Notes: generated from the sequence alone by a model not told the origin. A stretch of DNA of 64,000 nucleotides from Candidatus Saccharimonadota bacterium (GCA_034520885.1 JAXHNE010000009.1:2431-66430), one strand, 5' to 3'. Shown: positions 17,909 to 25,754, counted from the first letter of the stretch. Translations and numbers: made by a program.

Positions 17909-19092
17909 TTTTTGCCCTTTGAACCAATTCGTTTTAGGTGGGCTTTTATGGCTTGGCGGAAATGTTTTTGGTCAAATTGCCGGGCGGTTTTGGATATGGC
18001 GCCCGGGTCAAAGGAGTGGTCGGGAAATTGTCGCAATACCCGTACGAGCGAGTCGACGGTTTGTTCCTTGAAAAACGTACCGGTTTTGCCCTCGATCACG
18101 TAATCCAGGGCGCCGCCGGCTTGGTAGGCGATTACCGGGGTGCCGGAGGCCATGGCTTCTACCGGCGCGATCCCGAAATCTTCCAGGCTGGCGAAAATAA
18201 AGGCTTTGGCGGACGCCAGAGATTCTTCAATTTCTTGGTTGGTGGCGTTGTCGTTAAAGGTGATCGTATCGCCGGCAATGCGTTTTAAGTTGCCCAGTTC
18301 CGGGCCGTAGCCAATGACGGTGAGGGGGAGTTTTAACTGATTACAGGCTTGGATGATGAGGTCGGTGCGTTTGTTGGGGACGAGACGCCCCACAGTCACG
18401 AAGCCACGCTTCTTGGAAGATGGAATATGGAAGGTGGAATTTGAGAAGCGGGAGGTGTCTACCGGGGGGTGGATGACGGTTGAGTCGCGACCGTAGTATT
18501 TTTTGATGTCACTTTGAATGTGCGTGGAGTTGGCGATAAAATAATCAACCTTTTGCGCCGCTTGGTAGTCACGTTCGCGCAATGGTTTTACCAGTAACTT
18601 GAGCCCGATCCGGACGAGCCATTTCGGCCGAAAGCCGGGATTTTTAAGGTAGTTGTCGTAGTGCCGCCAGTAGAAGTGGACCGGGGAATGGCAATAACAT
18701 ACATGCAACGGGCGTTGCATGTTGGAAGATGGAAGTTGGAAGTTGGAAGATGGCGAAACGAATTTGGCTTCTCCGTTACCGCTGGAGCTGATTATCAGAT
18801 CGTAGTCACTTAAATCCAGCTTTTTGAACCAACGTTGCCGGAGTAATGGTAAAAACTTCCGAAGCCGGGAGAACGGCCACTTTTGCAAGTATCCGGTTAC
18901 TACTTTGCCATCTAATTTATCGCGCCACTCATCACTGCAGTAAGAGGTGTAAATCGGCGCTTCCGGAAACATTTTATGGAGTTCCAAAACAACCTGTTCA
19001 GCACCGCCTCCCAAAAGCCAATCGTGGGCTATCGCAACCTTCAGGTTGCGCGTGGAAGGTGGAAGGTGGAAGGTGGAAGGTGGTTGTTTCAT
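17905..19092 (-). CDS. glycosyltransferase family 4 carrying three in-frame heptamer-array insertions
   Basis: 395 aa. Core ..KVAIAHDWLLGGGAEQV.., ..LHVCYCHSP.. and ..EDFGIAPVEAMASGTPVIA... Repeat-encoded segments are MKQPPSTFHLPPSTRN (N-terminus), SPSSNFQLPSSNMQ and NSTFHIPSSKK. The start overlaps the stop of the upstream gene (ATGA). Confidence 0.85.
   Translation of the reverse strand: MKQPPSTFHLPPSTRNLKVAIAHDWLLGGGAEQVVLELHKMFPEAPIYTSYCSDEWRDKLDGKVVTGYLQKWPFSRLRKFLPLLRQRWFKKLDLSDYDLIISSSGNGEAKFVSPSSNFQLPSSNMQRPLHVCYCHSPVHFYWRHYDNYLKNPGFRPKWLVRIGLKLLVKPLRERDYQAAQKVDYFIANSTHIQSDIKKYYGRDSTVIHPPVDTSRFSNSTFHIPSSKKRGFVTVGRLVPNKRTDLIIQACNQLKLPLTVIGYGPELGNLKRIAGDTITFNDNATNQEIEESLASAKAFIFASLEDFGIAPVEAMASGTPVIAYQAGGALDYVIEGKTGTFFKEQTVDSLVRVLRQFPDHSFDPGAISKTARQFDQKHFRQAIKAHLKRIGSKGKK
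18400..18448. repeat. hairpin (GAAGC-CAC-GCTTC) + degenerate heptamer array TGGAAGA TGGAATA TGGAAGG TGGAATT TGAGAAG
   Basis: Read directly from the sequence. Lies inside the GT4 CDS, in frame. Confidence 0.8.
18703..18753. repeat. hairpin (ATGCAACG-GG-CGTTGCAT) + heptamer array TGGAAGA TGGAAGT TGGAAGT TGGAAGA TGG
   Basis: Read directly from the sequence. Lies inside the GT4 CDS, in frame. Confidence 0.9.
19033..19083. repeat. hairpin (CGCAACCT-TC-AGGTTGCG) + perfect heptamer array (TGGAAGG)4 TGG
   Basis: Read directly from the sequence. The array occupies codons 4-13 of the GT4 gene, starting 9 nt after its ATG. Confidence 0.95.
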
Positions 19093-19448
19093 CGAAGTGG
19101 TCTCATGAATGCGTTTAGTAATTTTTGAACCGAAACACTTTCTTTAAGCAACTCACTCAATTCATCATCGTTGACGTAGTCAAGCCTATTAGCTAAATAC
19201 AAAAAGTTCTTTGTCTCAAGTGCTGAGCCGTACGCTATGACGAAAAAGTGTAGCTTGTCTTTCTTTGTTTGCCTTCCGAAGCCCTCCGAAATATTCGCGG
19301 AGATTGATGAAACTGAACGCCTGATCTGTGAAGTTAACCCGAAACGCTCCTCAGAAGGAAATTTTTTCGTTACTCTATAGACGCTTACGGCCCAATCCTG
19401 CGCTTTTCGCCAAACTTCAAGATCTTCGAATGATTCAATTCGTGCCAT
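19089..19448 (-). CDS. four-helix-bundle protein (23S rRNA intervening-sequence protein / Avd family)
   Basis: 119 aa. MARIESFEDLEVWRKAQDWAV...QIRRSVSSISANISEGFGR...ALETKNFLYLA matches the family known as PF05635/TIGR02436. Confidence 0.85.
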   Translation of the reverse strand: MARIESFEDLEVWRKAQDWAVSVYRVTKKFPSEERFGLTSQIRRSVSSISANISEGFGRQTKKDKLHFFVIAYGSALETKNFLYLANRLDYVNDDELSELLKESVSVQKLLNAFMRPLR

Positions 19449-19491
19449 ATTCCACCTTCCATATTCTACCCTCCGTGATGCTTCGCATCAC
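19447..19491. repeat. inverted-orientation heptamer array + hairpin (GTGATGC-TTC-GCATCAC)
   Basis: On the minus strand this reads GTGATGC GAA GCATCAC GGAGGGT AGAATAT GGAAGGT GGAATAT G. It contains the RBS-like GGAGG/AAGGTGG and the ATG of the four-helix-bundle gene. The outer hairpin arm contains the TGA stop of the upstream sugar transferase. Confidence 0.85.
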
Positions 19492-20912
19492 TTGGCTCCG
19501 GTTCCGAGGAGCACCACCCGGATGGTGCGCAGGAGGATGCTGATATCCAGTACGAAGCTCCAGTTTTGTACGTAGTAGACGTCCAGGCGACGGCGTTCTT
19601 CGAAGCTGATGTCCTCCCGACCGGAAATTTGCGCCAAACCGGTAATGCCGGCTTTTACGCTTAAAATGGCGTGTTTTCGTTTGTAAGTGTTAAGCTCCGC
19701 CGGTATGAGGGTGCGCGGCCCGACGAGGCTGAGATCGCCCAGGATAACGTTAAATAACTGGGGGAGTTCGTCCAGGCTGGTGCGGCGCAAGAAACGCCCG
19801 ACTTTACTGATGCGCGGGTCTTTGGCGAGCACGTAACCGTTGTTTTTGTAAGTTTCGTACAGCTTGGGTTTGCCGAGTTTTTTAAAGGCGGCTTTATCGG
19901 AGAGGCCGCTAATGTCCGCGCGGTGCGTTCGGAATTTAAATACTTTGAATTCACGATTAAAGCGCGTCAGGCGAACTTGGCGGAAGAACACCGGTCCGCG
20001 CGGGTCGCTGATTTTTAGAACGACGGCGATCACGGCAATTACCGGTGAAAGCACGATAAGAGCTAACGAAGTAAAGAAAAGATCGAACAGGCGTTTGGCG
20101 ATGCGCCCCCAGCCGATGAGCTTGGTTTGGTGCACGGCGATCATGGGCAGGCCGGCGAATAAATCCACCTCGATATTGCCCACGAACAAGTTGCTGTTGC
20201 CGGGCATGAACCGATAGGACACGTGGTTTTCTTGGGCGAAGCGCACGATCTCGTTGTTTTTTAGGTCGTCCTTATACAGTTCGGTATGAATAATTCCGTG
20301 CGGGTGGGAGGGCAGTTTTTTGATGGCATCCTCGAAACTGGCGAAGTATTTAAACCGCGGGCTTTTTTTGCCAACGATACCCATGACGCGAATACCGCTG
20401 GTTTTGGTATCCGAAATGATGCGGGCCAGGTCGATGCTGGCGTCCGTGTTGCCGATGATCAGTACGTCACTAATGCCGACCTTAAAGCGGAATAATAGAC
20501 GGCGCAGTATTCGCGTCGCGGTGCGAAACAGCAGCAAAAGGCCAAAACTTAAACCGAAGCCGTAGACGGGCACCAAACGGGCGGGAAACAACTCTCCGCC
20601 GATTACGAAATCGTAGCCGATGACCACCAAAATGCCAATGAACGCCCCGGTAATGAGCCGGCCGAGTTCCACGAAGCGTTTTTCGTAAATGTCTTTTCGG
20701 TATAAGCCGATAGCGGCGTGCACCAGCAGCCAAAACGGCAGTACGGCCAGGAAGGTATACAGGAATTCCAAGGCGGTTATTTGCTCGATAAGCGGTAGTT
20801 CGTCCTGGACTTTTACGCGGATGGTGTAAGCCACGCTGAAGGCGGCGGTGAGGGCGAGAGCGTCGCCGATAACTAAAATCAGTGAGTAGAAAACCGAGGC
20901 ATTATTGCGCAT
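19488..20912 (-). CDS. polyprenyl-phosphate hexose-1-phosphate transferase (WbaP/WcaJ-type priming sugar transferase)
   Basis: 474 aa. N-terminal TM helices plus the C-terminal bacterial sugar transferase domain (..RIAKRLFDLFFTSLALIVLSPV..DELPQLFNVILGDLSLVGPR..). RBS GAGGAGG lies upstream. Confidence 0.9.
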   Translation of the reverse strand: MRNNASVFYSLILVIGDALALTAAFSVAYTIRVKVQDELPLIEQITALEFLYTFLAVLPFWLLVHAAIGLYRKDIYEKRFVELGRLITGAFIGILVVIGYDFVIGGELFPARLVPVYGFGLSFGLLLLFRTATRILRRLLFRFKVGISDVLIIGNTDASIDLARIISDTKTSGIRVMGIVGKKSPRFKYFASFEDAIKKLPSHPHGIIHTELYKDDLKNNEIVRFAQENHVSYRFMPGNSNLFVGNIEVDLFAGLPMIAVHQTKLIGWGRIAKRLFDLFFTSLALIVLSPVIAVIAVVLKISDPRGPVFFRQVRLTRFNREFKVFKFRTHRADISGLSDKAAFKKLGKPKLYETYKNNGYVLAKDPRISKVGRFLRRTSLDELPQLFNVILGDLSLVGPRTLIPAELNTYKRKHAILSVKAGITGLAQISGREDISFEERRRLDVYYVQNWSFVLDISILLRTIRVVLLGTGAK

Positions 20913-21199
20913 GATACCTCCTCAGCAAGTCTTCCTGCCTGCACGCAAAGCGCGCAGCGCTGAAGGCTTTCTTGGCGCATATCACAATTTTTGACTGTGA
21001 GACTTCCCTCAACGTATCGTACATACGTCTCGGTTCGTTTCTCGTCAATAAATTGTAATATGCATCCAAGTGAGAAGCTATCATCATATGGTAGGTATTG
21101 TAGCACCGGTAAGCGATAGCTGGTATACTGGCTAGCAGTAAACAAAATACGAAAACCGCCGAAGAAGAAACAGGAAAAAAGCAAAACCAAACAAGAAAT

Positions 21200-21652
21200 A
21201 TGAAACTCAAGATCAAAAAGAAACAAAAACGGGGAATCAAGCGCTTTGGCGGGTACATGGTCGGCGGTGGCGCCCAGTTTTGGAGCGGCTACGCGGCTTT
21301 CGCCCTGTTCGACGCGGTGTTCGGCATTAATTTTTGGTGGGCCAAATCCCTGGCATACTTTATCGGCGTGTCCGTGAATTACGGGCTGGAGCGGTTTTGG
21401 GTGTTCAAGGTCAAAAACATTACCCGCAAACAAATTGAAACCAGCGCCGGTAAGTTTTACACGCTCATGTTCGTTAACTTCTTGCTGGACCTAGGTATCG
21501 TCGGCGGATTGCGGCAACTGGGGCTTACCCCGTACTTGGGCCAGTTCGTGAGTAGCGGCTTCTTTACGGTATGGAACTGGGTTTTGTTTAATTTGTGGGT
21601 GTTTTCCAAAAAACGCGTGCCTCGTAAAAAGAAAAAGCGACGTAAAAAATGA
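21200..21652 (+). CDS. GtrA-family membrane protein with Lys/Arg-rich tail
   Basis: 150 aa with 4 TM helices (GGAQFWSGYAAFALF.., ..NYGLERFWVF..) typical of GtrA-like proteins. C-terminus is VPRKKKKRRKK. Confidence 0.7.
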   Translation: MKLKIKKKQKRGIKRFGGYMVGGGAQFWSGYAAFALFDAVFGINFWWAKSLAYFIGVSVNYGLERFWVFKVKNITRKQIETSAGKFYTLMFVNFLLDLGIVGGLRQLGLTPYLGQFVSSGFFTVWNWVLFNLWVFSKKRVPRKKKKRRKK

Positions 21653-22104
21653 CGAGTGACGACAAACAAACCATCCGACCGACCAAAAAACAGCGTGAAA
21701 CGCTTACGTATATTGAAGAATTTATCAACGAACACGGTTACAGCCCCAGCTACCGCGAAATCATGCGAGCCTGCAACTACACCTCCGTGGCCACGGTGGC
21801 GCTGCACGTTAATAACCTGATAAAACGCGGGCATTTGATAAAACGTGATCATCGGGCTCGTTCGCTGGAAGTCGTGAGCCCCGGGGAGGCGCATAAAAAA
21901 CTTCCCACCAATGAGGTAAGCGAAGCCCAGGAAAAGTGGTTGGTCGAAAAAATCGACCATGTATTTTCCGAGGCCGAACATTCCGCCAATCCGGACGATT
22001 ACTTGGATAAACTGCACGTGTTAGTCGGTGCGCTGCACGTGCTCGGGCTGGAAGGCGCCGCGCAATCCTTCGTCGCGCGGCTTACGGATTTAAAATCTAA
22101 GTAG
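21649..22104 (+). CDS. LexA-N-terminal-type winged-helix DNA-binding protein (no S24 peptidase domain)
   Basis: 151 aa. ..RETLTYIEEFINEHGYSPSYREIMRACNYTSVATVALHVNNLIKRGHLIKR.. matches the LexA DNA-binding domain. The C-terminal half is helical and unrelated to S24. ATGA overlap with gtrA. Confidence 0.65.
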   Translation: MTSDDKQTIRPTKKQRETLTYIEEFINEHGYSPSYREIMRACNYTSVATVALHVNNLIKRGHLIKRDHRARSLEVVSPGEAHKKLPTNEVSEAQEKWLVEKIDHVFSEAEHSANPDDYLDKLHVLVGALHVLGLEGAAQSFVARLTDLKSK

Positions 22105-23734
22105 TATTGGTAAGATCCCGCCGCCAAAATCTGAGGAAACCGGCCATAGATAACCCGGCCGCAACGAGACAGAGCAGTAAAAAGGTTGCCAGGCCGATAC
22201 TTTGCGCCGGAACGGAAGGAATGTGCGTAAAAGGCGAAATATTTAGCACCCAATCGGGGAGACTCAAAAGAGCGGCGAGTTGTAAAATTAGAAAGCTCCC
22301 GATAAAAGCCGCCCAAGATACGCCGGTGGCCAAACGCGGCAAGACTCCCAAAAGGAAAATAACGCCACCACTGAACGCCAGTAGTGCCGGAAGGTAGTTG
22401 AATATGCCAACGGTCAGTCGCCAGACTTCCGTCCATTCCGCACCGGATACCGACACGAATATAACTCCTGACATTACCCCCGTAATGAGAAGCATCCACG
22501 CCTGGCCGATCAGCGTGACCAGGGCGTGCGAAGCGAGCCATTTCCCGCGGCTAAGCTTGGTGCTGAGCAACGCCTCCAGGTGGCCCGAAGCTTCTTCGGA
22601 GCGGACTTTGAGCAGGGACTGAATGATATAACCGGAAGCAATAATCGCGGCGAACCCGAACATCGCCCCGAAGAAAGTGTCGGTGATCGTGCCGTCGCTC
22701 CCGCCAATTTCGGCCAGTATTTCCGCGGTTTCCGGACTGGCTTTAATGATATCGGCGAATTCATGGGCCATACCCCCGATGACCAACCCGAAAACCAGCA
22801 TTCCGATACTCCACCCGATCAATACGCCCCGCTGCAAACGCCAGGTGAGGCCGAAGGTACTCAGTAAGCTTGGTTTGGCGCGGGCTCTACCGGCGCGAGT
22901 GGGGATGATACCCAATCCCACGTCGCGGTGGCGCAAAATAAGGAAGGATCCGATAACCGTCGTGAGCATAAAGCCAATCAACAAAATGAATAGCCACCAA
23001 TTTTGCTGGGCGAAAGGATGGATTTGAAATCCCCAACCGAAAGGTGATAGCCAGGTAGGCCAGGCGGGCGTGGCACGTAAACCGTCGGCACTGACCGTAG
23101 CGAATCCGTCGCCGATGGCCCGCAAAACGAAAGCTCCGCCAATAACGCCACCGGCGATGCTGTTGGCGCCGCGCCCGGTTTCTGATAACTGCGCGGCAAT
23201 GCCGGCAACTCCCGCGAAGGCGATGCCGATACAAGCCAAAGCGGCGCTGAATCCGAGTGCCCCGGTCGCGGACAAGCCGTCCACGTTAGAGAGAATCAAG
23301 AACATGAATAAACCGACCGTAACGTTCGCGGCAATGGCCACTATAATGGCGGCGGTAAGGCCGGCGTAGCGACCGACACGGCCCGATCCGATTAACTCCG
23401 CCGCGCCGGTTTCCTCCGGTTTTCGGGTATGGCGCACCACCAATAACGTACTCATAAAAGCCATCATCACGGCGGTAAACGCGAAGATTTCTACCATAGC
23501 GACCGATCCGAGCGACACGCCGTTTACGATTCCGCCGAAAGCGCGTGCCACGGTGCTGGTCGCGGCGGTACTAACATATTGCAGTTGCGCTTCGTAGGTA
23601 CCGTACAAATCGCCAAGCGCGGCGGCACTGGCTCCCACAAGGCCAACGATACCCACGATCCATACCGGCAGTTTAAAGCGGTCCAGCCGAAGTGCCAGTT
23701 TGACTAACTTCCACGTTCCGGCGAACGATTTCAT
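22097..23734 (-). CDS. ABC exporter permease (ABC-2 type, 12-TM fused)
   Basis: 545 aa polytopic protein immediately downstream of an ABC ATPase gene. Confidence 0.7.
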   Translation of the reverse strand: MKSFAGTWKLVKLALRLDRFKLPVWIVGIVGLVGASAAALGDLYGTYEAQLQYVSTAATSTVARAFGGIVNGVSLGSVAMVEIFAFTAVMMAFMSTLLVVRHTRKPEETGAAELIGSGRVGRYAGLTAAIIVAIAANVTVGLFMFLILSNVDGLSATGALGFSAALACIGIAFAGVAGIAAQLSETGRGANSIAGGVIGGAFVLRAIGDGFATVSADGLRATPAWPTWLSPFGWGFQIHPFAQQNWWLFILLIGFMLTTVIGSFLILRHRDVGLGIIPTRAGRARAKPSLLSTFGLTWRLQRGVLIGWSIGMLVFGLVIGGMAHEFADIIKASPETAEILAEIGGSDGTITDTFFGAMFGFAAIIASGYIIQSLLKVRSEEASGHLEALLSTKLSRGKWLASHALVTLIGQAWMLLITGVMSGVIFVSVSGAEWTEVWRLTVGIFNYLPALLAFSGGVIFLLGVLPRLATGVSWAAFIGSFLILQLAALLSLPDWVLNISPFTHIPSVPAQSIGLATFLLLCLVAAGLSMAGFLRFWRRDLTNTT

Positions 23735-24634
23735 CTATTTTTCCCCGTCGTCGTAGTGCTTAAGAAATAACTCTTCCAGGGTTGGCGGGTGGCTTCTTAA
23801 GGCTTTGATTTTTTGTTTGGCGAGCGTGTCCAGTACGGCGTCGATCCGGTCACTTTCTACCTCGAACTCGGCATGATTGCCTTTGGTTCGTAAGTTATGC
23901 ACGCCTTTTTGTTCGCTTAAGCCGGTAATTTTTGTAGTGGCTTCCACTTTGATAGTGGTGCGGTGCAGGTGCTGTAATTCGCCGAGCGTGCCGGTTTCCA
24001 CGGTTTTGCCTTCGCGGATAATGGTCACGCGGTCACACAGGGCTTCGACCTCCGCGAGGATATGGCTGGATAAAAGCACGGTTTTGCCTTGTTGTTTCAG
24101 TTCGTTTACGCAGGTCTGGAAGACCGCCTCCATGAGCGGATCCAGCCCGGCGGTCGGTTCGTCCATAATGAAAACGTCGGCGTCCGAAGAAAGCGCGGCA
24201 ACCAGAGCGACTTTTTGGCGGTTTCCTTTGGAGTAGGTGCGGAACTTCTTGCGCGGATCCAGCTGGAATCGTTTAATGTACTCATCTCGTTTTTTTCGGT
24301 TAATTCCACCGCGCAGGGCGCCGAGTACGTCTATGGCTTCGCCGCCGGACAGCGTCGGCCACAGGCTGGTGTCACCGGGAACGTAGGCGATATCTTCGTG
24401 GAGCTTTACCGCGTCCTCCCAAGGGTCTTTGCCGAGTAAACTTACTTCGCCGCCCGTCTTTTTCAACAACCCGAGTAGTACGCGGATGGTGGTGGATTTA
24501 CCGGAGCCGTTGGGGCCTAAGAATCCGTGTACCTCGCCTTGCTTTACGCTCAGATTCAGTCCGTCGAGAGCGGTGAAAGAGCCGAACTTTTTTACCAGGT
24601 TTTTAACTTCGATTATGGAGTTTGATCGTGTCAT
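23735..24634 (-). CDS. ABC transporter ATP-binding protein
   Basis: 299 aa. Walker A GPNGSGKST, signature LSGGE.., Walker B VFIMDEPTAGLD. Confidence 0.9.
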   Translation of the reverse strand: MTRSNSIIEVKNLVKKFGSFTALDGLNLSVKQGEVHGFLGPNGSGKSTTIRVLLGLLKKTGGEVSLLGKDPWEDAVKLHEDIAYVPGDTSLWPTLSGGEAIDVLGALRGGINRKKRDEYIKRFQLDPRKKFRTYSKGNRQKVALVAALSSDADVFIMDEPTAGLDPLMEAVFQTCVNELKQQGKTVLLSSHILAEVEALCDRVTIIREGKTVETGTLGELQHLHRTTIKVEATTKITGLSEQKGVHNLRTKGNHAEFEVESDRIDAVLDTLAKQKIKALRSHPPTLEELFLKHYDDGEK

Positions 24635-24701
24635 GGAACTATAATCTCAAAACTTTCTTTGGCGCGCAAAAGAAGCCAAAAAACCTGTATAATCGGCTGC
24701 A

Positions 24702-25499
24702 ATGATAGAAGCACTCATTTTAGGAATCGTACAAGGGTTGACCGAGTTCATTCCGGTATCCAGTTCCGGGCATTTGGTGTTATTTCATGAGCTGTTCGGG
24801 TTCCAAGAAGGCGGACTGGCGTTTGACGTAGCGCTGCATATGGGGACGCTCCTGGCGGTGGTTTTGTATTTTCGAAAGGACTTGATGGAGTTAGCCCGTG
24901 GGTTTTTTGCCGGCAACCAAAAACAGCGGAACATGGTGTGGCTGCTGGCCGTGGCGACCATACCGGCGGTTATCGTGGGATTGTCCTTACAATCCGTCGT
25001 GGAATCCGTGTTGCGTTCGCCGTGGGTGGTGGCCGCGATGTTAGTACTGTTCGGACTGTTCATGATAGTCGCGGAAATCAAAGCCGAATCAATTAAACAC
25101 AAACGTAAAACCGATAAGCTGACCGGCCGCCAAGCGGTGAGTATCGGGCTGTTGCAAGCCTGCGCGCTTATTCCGGGAGTTTCGCGCTCCGGGGCGACGA
25201 TTAGCGGCGGGCTGCTTTTGGGATTGGACCGAGTGGCGGCCACGCGGTTTTCGTTTTTGTTGGCCATTCCGATTATTTTCGGGGCGGGCGCCAAAGTGCT
25301 ATTGGAGGAGGCAGCCCGAAACGACGTGGCGGCTCACCTCACTATGTTTGCCAGCGGAACCACGGCGGCGTTTATAAGCGGCATGATCGCCATTCGTTTT
25401 TTACTGGCTTTCGTTGCCCGCTACAGTATTCGCAGTTTCGCGTATTATCGGTTCGTCGCGGCAGGGCTCATCATCCTGTTACTGGTGCTCCAGCGTTGA
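24702..25499 (+). CDS. uppP: undecaprenyl-diphosphate phosphatase
   Basis: 265 aa. ..GLTEFIPVSSSGHL.. and ..PGVSRSGATI.. BacA/UppP motifs. Confidence 0.9.
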   Translation: MIEALILGIVQGLTEFIPVSSSGHLVLFHELFGFQEGGLAFDVALHMGTLLAVVLYFRKDLMELARGFFAGNQKQRNMVWLLAVATIPAVIVGLSLQSVVESVLRSPWVVAAMLVLFGLFMIVAEIKAESIKHKRKTDKLTGRQAVSIGLLQACALIPGVSRSGATISGGLLLGLDRVAATRFSFLLAIPIIFGAGAKVLLEEAARNDVAAHLTMFASGTTAAFISGMIAIRFLLAFVARYSIRSFAYYRFVAAGLIILLLVLQR

Positions 25500-25627
25500 C
25501 GTAGTCAAAACTTTTACTCATGGCGGGGCAAGTACACCATCCCTGGTGATAAAAACTGCAAAAAATACTACATATAGCGCTGCACTAGTGCGTTATACTA
25601 CTACATACGGTAGCTTAATAATTAAAT

Positions 25628-25754
25628 GCTGGAAGTAGGGTGTAATTCCCTCACTGTGCCGCAACGGTTCCAGGAACATGGATTGGCAAGCCCGCTCCCG
25701 TGCAAAGCACGAGACGTACTCAAGTCCATGTTTCTGGTGAAAGTCCGATACAGC
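25628..25754 (+). promoter_or_regulatory. cobalamin-riboswitch-like aptamer (candidate)
   Basis: GGAAGTAGGGTGTAATTCCCTCACTGTGCCGCAACGGT resembles the conserved Cbl core (GGGAA..GGTG..AA.TCC...C.G..CCGCAAC.GT). GGTGAAAGTCCGATACAGC resembles the B12 box (AGYCMGGAGACCKGCC). The GCTG(25628)/CAGC(25751) closing helix and nested helices CATGGA/TCCATG and CGTGC-AAA-GCACG are present. Downstream, CCTCC (about 25840) can pair with either GAGCAGGAG or the SD GGAGG of the next gene. Confidence 0.55.

Noticed and set aside
19089-19448. Diversity-generating retroelement (the four-helix-bundle protein is Avd-like)
   Set aside because: No reverse transcriptase ORF and no template/variable repeat pair with adenine-specific differences could be found in the window.
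10058-19491. CRISPR array interpretation of the repeated elements
   Set aside because: The repeat units are 7 nt and directly tandem with no unique spacers. The 94-bp duplication has only two copies. No cas genes are in the window.
20879-21433. Minus-strand ORFs of 184 aa and 118 aa spanning the sugar-transferase/gtrA spacer
   Set aside because: They overlap the well-supported gtrA CDS and the RBS/start of the sugar transferase. No recognisable domains; likely non-coding.
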